Shown: in pieces, positions 36,601 to 47,996 of the stretch
Layout: every line of letters begins with the position of its first letter
Position numbering within the stretch: the stretch's first letter is position 1
Assembly: GCA_029555085.1 (NCBI GenBank)
Contig: JAKPTO010000026.1
Coordinates: forward strand, 37,217-101,216
DNA length: 64,000 bases
Direction of reading: 5' to 3'
DNA from: a bacterium
GTDB lineage: Bacteria > Patescibacteriota > Patescibacteriia > UBA1558 > S5-K13
Notes under the pieces: generated by a model
What the model saw: only the letters and a program-made list of their open reading frames with translations
What the model was told of the DNA's origin: nothing
The model's database searches: none
Translations under genes and position numbers: made by a program

Positions 36601-38758
36601 TTTCTGCCTCAACCCTATCTTTCTTTGTTTCACTTTTTTGATCAAAATATTTATACACATCTGTTCTCTTGCCAAGAGCAAAATTAATTTTTCCTCCACT
36701 TATTTTATCAAGTCCATGCGCAAGTCCAGCGCCAATCCAATCACCAATGGCTTTAACACCAAACATTGAACCGATAATATTATATATTCCCTTACCTGTT
36801 GCTGCGCATAAGGCCCTCTTTTCTTCTTTTTCTTCTGGTGTTTTTGGTTTCTTAAAAATCAAATCAAAAGTTTTCTTAACCCTATCCTTAAATTTAACTT
36901 TTATCTGTTCTTCTTTTAACTCTTCATTGATAATATGTTCTTCCGGCGTATTAGATTGAATTTCTTTTTCTGATTCAAAATTATTGTAAGTAGATGTCCA
37001 TTTTATTTCTTGTCCCCATTCTGGACTGGTATGGGTAGATGTCCATTTTGCTTCCTGTCTCTCTCCTTGACTCGTATTAGTTTCCCATTGTTGTTCTTGA
37101 TTAGTATTAGATATTGTCTCTGGTTTTATTTCTTTTATTCCAAGTACATTGCTTATATATGTATTTGTATTTTCAAGAAGACTTGGTGCTATTTTTGTCA
37201 CAAAATTTACAATAAAAGACTCATTACCCTCCCTACCCTCATCTTCTACTCTATCCTTAGCTTCTAAAAATTTTCTTACCTCAATAATCTGATTATCGCT
37301 TAGTCTACTCAACTTGTACTTTAAAATATCAACTCCGGTATTTTCTAATTCTAAATGTTTATTAAAAAATTTTTCCTCTGTTTTCGGCAAATCGTCTTCA
37401 AAGACTTGTTTTTCTTTAATAACCTCCTCTTCTGATTTTTCAAAATTCTCTGATTTTGAAGTCTCTTCTTTTTCTGATTTAATCTTTTCTTCTGAATTTC
37501 CTAACAACTCTTTAACTTTATCTCTTAAACCGTATGCTCTAGTAACGAAATTAATATGATAGCTTTCGTGTCTCACTTGATCAATTATCTGCTTCAATTC
37601 CTCTGGACTATATTTTTCTTTGGTACCATCTATTGTCCCAATTTCTTCTATGGCAGAAAATAATTCCTCAAAATTTTTAGCATTGCTAATTTTTGCTTTT
37701 TGATTTTCTAGTAACTCTACAACCTTATCTCTTAAACCGTATGTTCTAGTAACATAAGTATTGCGAAGATCTCCATTCCTTACTTGGTTAATGATCTGCT
37801 TCAATTCCTCTGGACTATATTTTTCTTTGGTACCATCTATTGTCCCAATTTCTTCTATGGCAGAAAATAATTCCTCAAAATTTTTAGCATTGCTAATTTT
37901 TGCTTTCCTATCTTCTTCTGTTTCTATTGTATTTTTTTTATTTTTCCCCTCAATTTCTTTTTTAGATTCACTTTCTCTCATCATTTCAATGAGTTTTTTT
38001 GCATGCATTTTAGCCCATTGAATTTGTCCTTCATTATTTTCATAATCTAAACCTGCTTCTGGGTTAGGATGATTATCTTTTTCCCTATTTTCTATATCAT
38101 GTTGTTTCCAACTCATAAGAATTTTATACGCAATAGCTGTTTCTAAATCATTTGTAGTATCTCTATACATGTCATAATGTTTGTAATAATCATTAAAAAT
38201 GCCTTTATAATCTATACCCGTTTCCATATCTGGATTTTCAAAAAAATTCTTATACACTTTTTCAACTTCAGATTCCATATATTTATAATCTTCTGGATTG
38301 TCTGGTAATTCTGTTTTTATAACTCTCTCTGGAACCTGATCTAAAACATTGAGATCTTTTTCTGATTCAAATTTTTCATCTATTTTTTCTTGTCCATCTT
38401 CGGGGATTTCTTTCGCATACTCGTCTGATGCTGATATAATTTCTTTTGCCCTTTTTATTCTCTTATTAATCTCAGGGACTAATTTTCTTAAATCTTCTAA
38501 ATAATTAAAAAAAAGAGAACGATCTTCATCAAATGTTTCTTGGTCACTCGATATAAGTATATATTGATCTGCACTAAATGATATATCCGACCTAATTTCT
38601 TCGAGTAATTCTTCACCCCTATTTAATATTTTCTCTAAAGCTTGTTTCTTAAATCTTATGAATCCATCTGGGTTATTATTATCTATAAATTCTCTGTATT
38701 GCTCATTCTTATCAACTAAATTTTTTAAATTCTCTGTAGGTTGTTTTATTTTATCCAT
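33635..38758 (-). CDS. Giant repeat-containing protein (1707 aa): coiled-coil N-terminal region, Gly-rich amphipathic/hydrophobic central segments, repeat-rich C-terminus. Function unknown.
   Basis: No signal peptide. A roughly 70-aa module (KAKISNAKNFEELFSAIEEIGTIDGTKEKYSPEELKQII.QVR) is duplicated. Gly-zipper-like segments GIGAAGLRGAMYGIFAFGG. C-terminal repeats PGLEQITENNFQELISE.NIE appear twice. Confidence 0.5.
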   Translation of the reverse strand: MDKIKQPTENLKNLVDKNEQYREFIDNNNPDGFIRFKKQALEKILNRGEELLEEIRSDISFSADQYILISSDQETFDEDRSLFFNYLEDLRKLVPEINKRIKRAKEIISASDEYAKEIPEDGQEKIDEKFESEKDLNVLDQVPERVIKTELPDNPEDYKYMESEVEKVYKNFFENPDMETGIDYKGIFNDYYKHYDMYRDTTNDLETAIAYKILMSWKQHDIENREKDNHPNPEAGLDYENNEGQIQWAKMHAKKLIEMMRESESKKEIEGKNKKNTIETEEDRKAKISNAKNFEELFSAIEEIGTIDGTKEKYSPEELKQIINQVRNGDLRNTYVTRTYGLRDKVVELLENQKAKISNAKNFEELFSAIEEIGTIDGTKEKYSPEELKQIIDQVRHESYHINFVTRAYGLRDKVKELLGNSEEKIKSEKEETSKSENFEKSEEEVIKEKQVFEDDLPKTEEKFFNKHLELENTGVDILKYKLSRLSDNQIIEVRKFLEAKDRVEDEGREGNESFIVNFVTKIAPSLLENTNTYISNVLGIKEIKPETISNTNQEQQWETNTSQGERQEAKWTSTHTSPEWGQEIKWTSTYNNFESEKEIQSNTPEEHIINEELKEEQIKVKFKDRVKKTFDLIFKKPKTPEEKEEKRALCAATGKGIYNIIGSMFGVKAIGDWIGAGLAHGLDKISGGKINFALGKRTDVYKYFDQKSETKKDRVEAEKKTSDLAELISSNKEKFQKLYQDDNYKRRVAAISRYVEIYKNTKDETEREELERKIKTLSMENNKIRENFIKNEKISVDDVKEKAMQYNEMIKNARSQNYYDLPKEKRQEIEKKFNEGSLTDKEKLLYIISDHDQMTMRNRLNKVLLTNLESKNDLRKQRSKKIDYILQDYIQGTVNGSILVKDALNTAMVFGGGIGAAGLRGAMYGIFAFGGKLDKSALKYQKEYSWNKVGEKMKAHQYLGDAFKTMFLETYYGLSGKRYESSFYVENDKLKKHSDVRKLKGFDKKTTMMRAWGELLMALGMGTQALSGIQTSGASVDNMVQCFTKTFTQGNVLENMKDNFVSYADIVSRMERLGKSFENLKNSVFGKKDQVISTSRADDINEASQSFSPKKSDVSNFQDIKGLNPQRIQELADQGVPVAKGSSVSETLGISMPRGSKMTLVTSGPNGEPLILKNFDANVVAPGARVVVDPETNEVFAFVKPKSYESFYKHYVDNVMGVIKPKHGPNVSEIVRPTNVREVLPVEDIVKSNYPEQIEELQSKYFELNDDIIKSKLSITRLEEMLDDPNIPSNIQAKISEELNATRELLSQQQNTGEELNFQIARLQDEFNNGNTEIPVIKPDHVPTEDMLDHVPTESIEVTPDTLTNVPIETSEVPVVRDFSDLKEVFQFKEAGASADVEIGGNVVRIIEDNGEYYTDFNPNLPGLEQITENNFQELISESNIEDISDQVSSVQNLTIEPDHVPTKGISGRTPVEDILDRVPIAQNQTEILGVKRVNTFSELEEALKDVEDNIPVKFETNVGNNRVLEIQKDHGEYYADLDPQSPGLEQITENNFQELISEPNIEIIKTNTGTITEKWLDDYTKLVTFKEAGRSGTLKQVFDENGSIIKQTSDVSSVGTFFYSRERGTELYRIITESANKDIVHDKAFKLLSDIKLERTGSSKLNNFEIKFWELTLKSIPKNAPESTRIALDVLNDRMQRFVSTLYKK
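37520..37950. repeat. Intragenic tandem duplication, unit about 213 bp x 2, with a stretch of about 130 bp that is 100% identical
   Basis: The sequence ttatctgcttcaattcctctggactatatttttctttggtaccatctattgtcccaatttcttctatggcagaaaataattcctcaaaatttttagcattgctaatttttgcttt occurs at about 37578 and again at about 37790. Confidence 0.75.
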
Positions 38759-38775
38759 ATTTTTGTAATTAAATT

Positions 38776-38964
38776 TTATTTATTTAAAAATTTCTTTCTA
38801 ATATTTTCTAATTTTTTCTGAGTCATCAATGTTTCTATTTTTTTTACAATATCGTTTCTTTTTTTTGAAATAATAGATAATTCCGCCATTATAATATTTA
38901 ATTCTTTATCAACTTCCTCTATAAGATCCTTATAATTCTTTATTTTTGTTTTTATTTCTTCCAT
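38776..38964 (-). CDS. Small coiled-coil protein, hypothetical
   Basis: 62 aa, charged and helical. Directly upstream of the giant gene on the same strand. Confidence 0.25.
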   Translation of the reverse strand: MEEIKTKIKNYKDLIEEVDKELNIIMAELSIISKKRNDIVKKIETLMTQKKLENIRKKFLNK

Positions 38965-38974
38965 GTATTTATAT

Positions 38975-39292
38975 TTATTTTTTACTCCTTTTAAAAATAG
39001 AATCTAGTTCTGTTATTGTTTTTTCATCAATTTTTTTCTCTTTCTCGGCATATTCAATTGCCAATTGTTCTAATTTATTTTCCAATTCAATATTTAATAA
39101 GTCTAATTGCTCAGATGCAAATTTATTCTCAAGCGTCATTGCTACTTCTGCTACCTTTTCCGGAGGGAGATTATTTAATATCTCTATAAATAATTCCTTT
39201 GCATCATCGGATATATTCATAGAAGCTAACAAAAAACCCAGCTTTTTACCAAAACCGCCTATCAATTCTTGGTCATTTATTTTTTTGCTCAT
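38975..39292 (-). CDS. Small acidic protein, hypothetical
   Basis: 105 aa ORF, co-directional with the giant gene. Confidence 0.3.
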   Translation of the reverse strand: MSKKINDQELIGGFGKKLGFLLASMNISDDAKELFIEILNNLPPEKVAEVAMTLENKFASEQLDLLNIELENKLEQLAIEYAEKEKKIDEKTITELDSIFKRSKK

Positions 39293-39296
39293 ATTG

Positions 39297-40073
39297 TTAT
39301 TTTAATAATAAATTATACAATTTTTTATATTTTTTGTCAATAAATAAAAAATAACTCGCAAATAATATAAAAATTAAAGCCATTATTTGCGGAAATCTAA
39401 TTCCGAAAATATGAAGTGTTGTATCAATTCTTAAAAATTCCATAAAAAACCTAATAATTCCATAACCAAAAACATACAACAAAAATATTCTTCCTTCTTT
39501 GTAATGTCTCTTAAATACTCTCATTAGTATAAAAAATAAAATTAAATTTAAAATAAATTCATATGCAAATATGGGATGATGATGAAACCCTGTTTTTTGT
39601 ATATATATTGCCCATGGCACATTTGAAACTTTTCCATACAATTCTGAGTTAAAAAAATTACCCCATCTCCCAATTGCTTGCCCAAGTGGAACAACAAGAG
39701 CAAAAATATCTAAATATTTTAGCGAATTCAATTTATGCTTTTTACAATAAAAATAAACAGTTAATATTCCAGCTATTATTGCTCCTTGAATTGCTATACC
39801 GCCACGCCAAATTCTAAAAATCTCCCAAAAATTATACTTATAATATTTAAAATCGAAAAACAATACTGAGTAAATTCTAGCCCCAATTATTCCAAAAATT
39901 ATAATATAAAAATATAAATTTTCTAAATGATTTTTATCAATTTCACTGCCCCTGGATAATCTTTCTATTAAATACATACACAATAAAATACCAAAAACTA
40001 CTATAATTCCGTAAAAATATACATTGATTAACCCAAGGCGCAGTAATATTGGATGTGGATTTGCATTTATCAT
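39297..40073 (-). CDS. lgt: Prolipoprotein diacylglyceryl transferase
   Basis: Multi-TM protein with the Lgt signature GIIGARIY...GNFFNSELYG and overall Lgt topology. Length 258 aa. Confidence 0.7.
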   Translation of the reverse strand: MINANPHPILLRLGLINVYFYGIIVVFGILLCMYLIERLSRGSEIDKNHLENLYFYIIIFGIIGARIYSVLFFDFKYYKYNFWEIFRIWRGGIAIQGAIIAGILTVYFYCKKHKLNSLKYLDIFALVVPLGQAIGRWGNFFNSELYGKVSNVPWAIYIQKTGFHHHPIFAYEFILNLILFFILMRVFKRHYKEGRIFLLYVFGYGIIRFFMEFLRIDTTLHIFGIRFPQIMALIFILFASYFLFIDKKYKKLYNLLLK

Positions 40074-40783
40074 TGATTTGTTGTATTTTTAATTGCTTCT
40101 AAAATTTGTTCCCAAATTTGTTTATTTATAACACCCTGAAATAACTCCCCGTTTACAAAAAATGTTGGCGCTCCATTTACACCCGCTTTCAAGCCCAATT
40201 GAACATCAGAATAAATAAGGGATTCATATTTTTTCGAAAGATAACAGTCTTTAAATTTATTAACATCAAGATGAATATCCTTTGCAAACTGCATAAATGC
40301 AGATTCTCCTAAAATTCTCTGATTTTCAAATAATTTATCGTGCATTTCCCAAAACTTTCCTTGTTCATTTGCACAGCTTGATGCTAATGCGGGAGTTATA
40401 TCATCCGATATTGGAAAATATCTGTATATTAATTTTACACTATCTTTATTATCATTGACAAAATTTTTTAAATCTACATATGCAGACAAGCAGTATGGAC
40501 AATTAAAATCTGAAAACTCAACTATCGTCATGATTGGAGATGAGGCCCCTCTCTGAGGAGAAGTTTTAGATTCCAACTCTTCTCTTTTAACTTTTTCTTT
40601 TGGGGTATTTGATGTGTTGCTATATGCAGAATAAAGAGTTAAGTCACTATTATGCATAATAATTGAACCGTCTTCTATTGCTTTTTTATAATCAAATACT
40701 TTTTTGACAAATAAAATAGCTACTGTCAAAAAAAAGATTAAAAAAACCCCTAAGAATATATGCCATTTTTTAATTTTAATCAT
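40070..40783 (-). CDS. DsbA-like thiol:disulfide oxidoreductase (membrane-anchored thioredoxin fold)
   Basis: N-terminal TM helix, CxxC active site (FNCPYC), and a DsbA-like C-terminal helical insertion. Confidence 0.7.
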   Translation of the reverse strand: MIKIKKWHIFLGVFLIFFLTVAILFVKKVFDYKKAIEDGSIIMHNSDLTLYSAYSNTSNTPKEKVKREELESKTSPQRGASSPIMTIVEFSDFNCPYCLSAYVDLKNFVNDNKDSVKLIYRYFPISDDITPALASSCANEQGKFWEMHDKLFENQRILGESAFMQFAKDIHLDVNKFKDCYLSKKYESLIYSDVQLGLKAGVNGAPTFFVNGELFQGVINKQIWEQILEAIKNTTNQ

Positions 40784-40789
40784 ATGATT

Positions 40790-42214
40790 TTATTTATTTA
40801 TAAAATTTTTTTCTAAATTCCATGCTAATTTCAAAACATTTTCCTCGTCCATATATTTTCCCATAATTTGTAATCCTATTGGCAAGTCATTTGATTTTAG
40901 AGGTATTGAAATTGCTGGAATATCCGCGATACTTGCTGAAACTGTAAATATATCAGAAAAATACATTTTTAGTGGATCTTTTAATTTTTCTCCGATTTTA
41001 AAAGCTTTCGTTGGTGTGGTTGGAGTAATAATAAAATCTACATTTTTAAAAATTTCGTTCAATTTATTTTTTATATCGCCTTGAACTAACATTGCTCTAT
41101 TATAATAAGCTTCTTTATATCCACTTGATAAAACATAATTTCCTATTAAAATTCTTCTTTTAACTTCATCTCCCATACCCATTGTTCTATTTTTTTTGTA
41201 TGCATCGTCTAAAGAATCATACACCTTGGAATCAAAACCATATCTAAACCCATCATATTTCGCTAGATTTGAGGAACTTTCCGCTGGCTGAATTATACAG
41301 TAGGCAGCAAGAGCTTCATCAATAAAAGACATGTTTATTTCTTTTATTTTTATTTTTGCTCCCCTTAAATCTTTAATTAATTTGTCAAAAGACTCTAATA
41401 TGTTTTTATCTGTTACAAAATTATCAAAATTTTTTGGTATTCCTATTGTTATATTTTTTATTTTTGATTTTATATTACGAATATTAACTTTTTTAGTATT
41501 TAAATTTGTTGCATCATCGTCGTCTTTACCAACAATTACATTAAATAAGATTGCACAATCAAGAGAAGAATTAGCAATTGGTCCTATTTGATCAAATGAG
41601 GAGGCAAGTGAAATAAGTCCATTTCTTGAAATTCTTCCATAGCTTGGTTTTAATCCACAAACTCCGCAAAAACTAGCCGGCTGTCTTATGGAACCGCTAG
41701 TATCACTTCCTAAAGCAACAGCACAATGACCAGAGGCAACTGAAACAGCGCTACCACCAGACGAACCACCAGAAACTCTTTTTCTATCATGAGGATTTAA
41801 TACAGGACCAAAAAATGATGTCTCATTCGATGATCCCATTGCAAACTCATCCATATTTGTTTTACCAAGAATAATAACACCACTTTGTTTTAATTTTTTA
41901 ATAACATATGCATCGTACGAAGCCACATAATTAGACAACATTTTTGAACCAGCAGTTGTCTTGTGATCCTTAACTAAAATATTATCTTTTATGGCTATCG
42001 GAACTCCTTCTAATAATTCTAGTTTTTTACCGCTTTTAATTTTTTCATCAATTTTTTGTGCTTGTTCTATTGAATCATTCTCAAAAATAGTAATAAAATC
42101 ATTCAAATTATCTGACTTAATTTTTTTTATACAATCTTTTATCAAATCAACACAAGAGATTATTTTATTGTTTAACTCTCTATTAATTTTCTCTATTGTA
42201 AAATTATTATTCAT
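40790..42214 (-). CDS. gatA: Glutamyl-tRNA(Gln)/Aspartyl-tRNA(Asn) amidotransferase subunit A
   Basis: Amidase signature GGSSGGSAVSVASG and Ser-cisSer-Lys triad context. Length 474 aa. Adjacent to gatC. Confidence 0.85.
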   Translation of the reverse strand: MNNNFTIEKINRELNNKIISCVDLIKDCIKKIKSDNLNDFITIFENDSIEQAQKIDEKIKSGKKLELLEGVPIAIKDNILVKDHKTTAGSKMLSNYVASYDAYVIKKLKQSGVIILGKTNMDEFAMGSSNETSFFGPVLNPHDRKRVSGGSSGGSAVSVASGHCAVALGSDTSGSIRQPASFCGVCGLKPSYGRISRNGLISLASSFDQIGPIANSSLDCAILFNVIVGKDDDDATNLNTKKVNIRNIKSKIKNITIGIPKNFDNFVTDKNILESFDKLIKDLRGAKIKIKEINMSFIDEALAAYCIIQPAESSSNLAKYDGFRYGFDSKVYDSLDDAYKKNRTMGMGDEVKRRILIGNYVLSSGYKEAYYNRAMLVQGDIKNKLNEIFKNVDFIITPTTPTKAFKIGEKLKDPLKMYFSDIFTVSASIADIPAISIPLKSNDLPIGLQIMGKYMDEENVLKLAWNLEKNFINK

Positions 42215-42218
42215 AGAT

Positions 42219-42491
42219 TTACAAAACCTTCTTTACTCTTAGTAAATTATCCTTTTTGTCAGCAAATTGTGATATAAGTAAATCGCTTTGGGATGTTTTA
42301 ATTTTATCTTTTCTTAAATTTGTATATTTACTATTATTGGATTTTATTTTTTCTGAGATTGGATACTGCTGAACTTTTTTTACATAATTTAAAATATTGT
42401 TAATATCTTTCAATAAAGTACTTTCCTCTTTTTTAGAAAGTTGTATTTTTGAAAACTCAGCAAGTTTTAAAATTTCTTTTTTCGTTAACAT
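42219..42491 (-). CDS. gatC: Glu/Asp-tRNA amidotransferase subunit C
   Basis: 90 aa. MLTKKEILKLAEFSKIQLSKKE pattern and position immediately upstream of gatA. Confidence 0.7.
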   Translation of the reverse strand: MLTKKEILKLAEFSKIQLSKKEESTLLKDINNILNYVKKVQQYPISEKIKSNNSKYTNLRKDKIKTSQSDLLISQFADKKDNLLRVKKVL

Positions 42492-42495
42492 GTTT

Positions 42496-44511
<2,016 letters not shown>

Positions 44512-45348
44512 CTAATTAAAATCTTTTAACAAAGATTCTTCAGAAAATATAACATAATCAAATAACCCAGATAAAGGATCTTCTCTTCTTAAACTAACAG
44601 ACAATGCTTGTCTATTAGCATTTTCTATATCTCCTCCGGGATATTGACCAATTGTTTTTATTACATATATATTTTTAAACTTCAGAGAATTATTATCTCC
44701 ATCAAATGCTTGAATTTTTAAATCATGAATATCACAAAATAAAGCTTTGACTCTAAATTGATAAATCTTATTTGGATCTAAACTAGAACCGCCAATTTCA
44801 GTTATTGAATCACTTGACTCGTTTAGTAAAGATTTATAAACATGTTGCGATTCGCCCCCCGCGCTCCAAACAATACTTCCTCCGGACTTCCATTCATTTA
44901 CTGTAAGTTCTATCCAAGAACTATTTGGCGACTCTTCGGTGGAACAATTATCCTCCCAAGAAATTGAAAGATAAGATAGATTACTCGCCTCCCCTAAATC
45001 CTCTAAATTGTAAAGGTCGAATTGAAAAAATTGATTTTTTTTGAGACCTATATTTATACTTTGAATATCGTCATCTACTGTTCTAATTATGGAACTATCA
45101 AAGCCATTAAAAAAATAACTGTCGGTATTTAATTTTTCTGGAATTATGTTTTTTTGCCTTAAATAGTATATTGCTTGTTCATTGCCTGATTCTGCAGCAT
45201 AAAAAGCAATATTTGCATTATCAACGCTTTTAGATTGCTTAATTTGCCTTAAAGAGAATCTTGATACATAAAGAACACTTACCAAAATAGAAGTCATAAT
45301 TAAAAACGCTAATAAAAGAGCTGATCCATTTTTAACTTTAATTGTCAT
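44512..45348 (-). CDS. Minor pilin / PilX-like pseudopilin, hypothetical
   Basis: N-terminal hydrophobic segment GSALLLAFLIMTSILVSVLYV. Position at the end of the pilin gene cluster. Confidence 0.4.
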   Translation of the reverse strand: MTIKVKNGSALLLAFLIMTSILVSVLYVSRFSLRQIKQSKSVDNANIAFYAAESGNEQAIYYLRQKNIIPEKLNTDSYFFNGFDSSIIRTVDDDIQSINIGLKKNQFFQFDLYNLEDLGEASNLSYLSISWEDNCSTEESPNSSWIELTVNEWKSGGSIVWSAGGESQHVYKSLLNESSDSITEIGGSSLDPNKIYQFRVKALFCDIHDLKIQAFDGDNNSLKFKNIYVIKTIGQYPGGDIENANRQALSVSLRREDPLSGLFDYVIFSEESLLKDFN

Positions 45349-45350
45349 AA

Positions 45351-45911
45351 TTATTTTATATAATTTCTTGCACTTACTGTTGTTTGTAATAAAATTTCTG
45401 CACCATCTCTATTATCAACAAATGTCATAACAATTGTTACAAGTGTTTGCTTGTTTAAATCCCCAGCAAGCTTTTCTGTTGATATAGTTGGGCTAATATA
45501 AAAATACATATCTTTCACGCTAACACTATTTCCAGTTACATCACTCCAACCAGAATCATTATATTTAACTTGCAGAAAAGTATTGTTTTTTCCTCCAACT
45601 AATTTTACTTGTTTTCGAAAAAAAATCTTATTACCGGAATTATCTTCTAGAGCCAACTCTGTTATTGGGTTTTTTACTGTAAAATCTGGATAATAAGAAT
45701 AATCAACATTACCCAATCTTACTTCTCTAGATATATAATCCATTGCGAACCTCATCTCATTTTGTACCCTTTGCATTGCTATAATCTTTGTATTTGCCTT
45801 CATTGTTAATATGTACACACCAATACAAATCGTTGAAACAATACTAAAAATAGCAGTCGCGACAATCATTTCAAGTAATGTAAATCCTGGTTTTTTATAT
45901 ATTTTTTCCAT
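45351..45911 (-). CDS. Type IV pilin-like protein (prepilin N-terminal methylation motif)
   Basis: KPGFTLLEMIVATAIFSIV is the class III signal peptide G|FTLxE. Confidence 0.7.
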   Translation of the reverse strand: MEKIYKKPGFTLLEMIVATAIFSIVSTICIGVYILTMKANTKIIAMQRVQNEMRFAMDYISREVRLGNVDYSYYPDFTVKNPITELALEDNSGNKIFFRKQVKLVGGKNNTFLQVKYNDSGWSDVTGNSVSVKDMYFYISPTISTEKLAGDLNKQTLVTIVMTFVDNRDGAEILLQTTVSARNYIK

Positions 45912-45922
45912 AAATTAAAATA

Positions 45923-46582
45923 CTATTTCCAATTATATATCCTTTCTTGTATCTGGGTTGTTTTGATCGAACCTCCATCGTTCCAACCAACTAAAGAAGT
46001 TACCTGTAGGCCTATAAAATTTGTAGGATCTTCGCATTCTGATTCTGGTGATGTATTAATTATTTCATCTTCCCATTCATCATTATAACAAATCGCATCT
46101 ATATATATTATTCTATAAAAATTAGCATCCGACAATTGATAAGAATCTAATCCCTCCATAGAATCTTTATGAACATATATTTTTTGATTTGGCGATTCTT
46201 CTGGCCAAGCTAAGAACAATTTACATTGTCCAGTCTCAAGACATTTATCCCAAGGTATGCTAATGTATTCTAAAATATATCCATCTTGATCTTCCCTGGG
46301 ATACTTATTATCTAATATAAATGTTCTTGAATCTCCATCAATTGCTAAATCCGGTAATAATCCACTGCTCCACGCTAATCCATCAATCCAATTTGAATCT
46401 CTTATATTTCTAACAACTTCCACTCCTTCTCTGGCTAAGTTCGTGGCTTTAAGCATATTATGATTGAAACGCTCAACCCTAAGATTCGCCACAACTAAAT
46501 TCATAATAGATAAAATACCTACCACTGCTATATAAATAGCTATTACTACCTCCAATATTCCCTGTGCTTTACTTTTTTTCAT
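45923..46582 (-). CDS. Type IV pilin-like / pseudopilin
   Basis: N-terminal AQGILEVVIAIYIAVVGILS hydrophobic helix with a conserved Glu. Confidence 0.5.
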   Translation of the reverse strand: MKKSKAQGILEVVIAIYIAVVGILSIMNLVVANLRVERFNHNMLKATNLAREGVEVVRNIRDSNWIDGLAWSSGLLPDLAIDGDSRTFILDNKYPREDQDGYILEYISIPWDKCLETGQCKLFLAWPEESPNQKIYVHKDSMEGLDSYQLSDANFYRIIYIDAICYNDEWEDEIINTSPESECEDPTNFIGLQVTSLVGWNDGGSIKTTQIQERIYNWK

Positions 46583-46584
46583 AT

Positions 46585-47166
46585 TTAATTATTTAAAAAT
46601 TCAGACCATGTTTTACCAGAACCTGGAGTAATGTTTATTACCCATTTCCCCGGTGCCTTAGTACTGCCTAAAAATATCTGACAAGACAAAACATTTTCAT
46701 CTTTATTTTCATCTATAATAATAGACATTAAACCTTTTGGCATTGAAAAATTAATATCTAATGATTCTAATTCTTTTTCTTCGTATCCAAGTTCTGATTC
46801 ATCTTTAATTTTACACCGTAACTGATCAAAATAAAACTGACTTTCTAAAATATTTTCTGAATAAATTAAATTTTCATTATAAAAACCATAAACACCAATA
46901 TCTGCGTAAATATTATATGAATATGAACCATTTACATCCTTTAAAAAAATTATTCCATAACCATTAATAGGTACTGTATTTTGAATTTTTTGACCTGTTA
47001 GTGAAAGATTTTTTGTAAATCCTATTGAATCTTCTATGTCATAAGCTGTTAAACGAAATTCATTTATTCTTCTTGTATATCCATAATCAAGAATAACAAC
47101 ACTTAAGAGAATTACAAATATACCAATCGCAACTACAACCTCTATTATTGTAAAAGCTTTTTTCAT
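46585..47166 (-). CDS. Type IV pilin-like / pseudopilin
   Basis: MKKAFTIIEVVVAIGIFVILLSV is the prepilin motif. Confidence 0.65.
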   Translation of the reverse strand: MKKAFTIIEVVVAIGIFVILLSVVILDYGYTRRINEFRLTAYDIEDSIGFTKNLSLTGQKIQNTVPINGYGIIFLKDVNGSYSYNIYADIGVYGFYNENLIYSENILESQFYFDQLRCKIKDESELGYEEKELESLDINFSMPKGLMSIIIDENKDENVLSCQIFLGSTKAPGKWVINITPGSGKTWSEFLNN

Positions 47167-47960
47167 ATAATTAATAAATTAATATACCAATTCAATAATT
47201 GCTCTCCGAAAAGAAAAGAAATAAACATTGCAAAAGAAATAAATGGTCCAAGAGGAATTTTTAATTTAGTTTTTTCTTTTTTAGATTTAGATAATAAAAG
47301 AAAAATACCAATTATTGCTCCGGAAAAGTAAGTAATCAATAACGCCACAATTGTAATTTTAAATCCCAAAAGCGCACCCATAAAAACCCCGAGCAATATG
47401 TCTCCACTACCAAGCCATTTTCCTTTTGAAATAACATATTGTATACCAAAAAAAATTACTCCGAGAACAATCCCATAAAAAATATTTAAAATATTATTTT
47501 TCATTATTAAATTAAAAATAATAGATAAAACTATCCCCAAATAAACTATAAAATCCACTATTAAATAGTATTTCAAATCATAAATAAATATAAAAGACAA
47601 AATAAATACAAGTATTAAATAAAATATAAAGCTAATAATTAATTGACCATGAAGCCAAAGTCCAGAAACAAAGAAAAACCAATATCCGAATGAAAATAAA
47701 ATTCCTAGAATTACCTCAACAAAAAAATTCTCAAATTGAATCTTTGATTTACAATATCTACATTTCCCAAGTAAAACAATGTAAGAAAAAACTGGAATTA
47801 AATCTAAAATCCCCAATGTTTTTTTACAATTAAGACAATACGATCTATTAAGTATTGATTTTTCTTCATTTATTCGATAAATCAAGCAATCTAAAAAACT
47901 ACCAAAAACAGCCCCTAAAATAAAAAATAGTATATAGAACATACCATTATTATAGCACAA
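47163..47960 (-). CDS. pilD: Prepilin peptidase (A24 family, PilD-like)
   Basis: N-terminal Cys-tetrad Zn-binding region (CLNCKK...CRYCKSKI), multiple TM helices, and a catalytic Asp context. Confidence 0.75.
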   Translation of the reverse strand: MCYNNGMFYILFFILGAVFGSFLDCLIYRINEEKSILNRSYCLNCKKTLGILDLIPVFSYIVLLGKCRYCKSKIQFENFFVEVILGILFSFGYWFFFVSGLWLHGQLIISFIFYLILVFILSFIFIYDLKYYLIVDFIVYLGIVLSIIFNLIMKNNILNIFYGIVLGVIFFGIQYVISKGKWLGSGDILLGVFMGALLGFKITIVALLITYFSGAIIGIFLLLSKSKKEKTKLKIPLGPFISFAMFISFLFGEQLLNWYINLLII

Positions 47961-47996
47961 AATCTCGGATTATAATATTTATATTTTCATCCAAAA

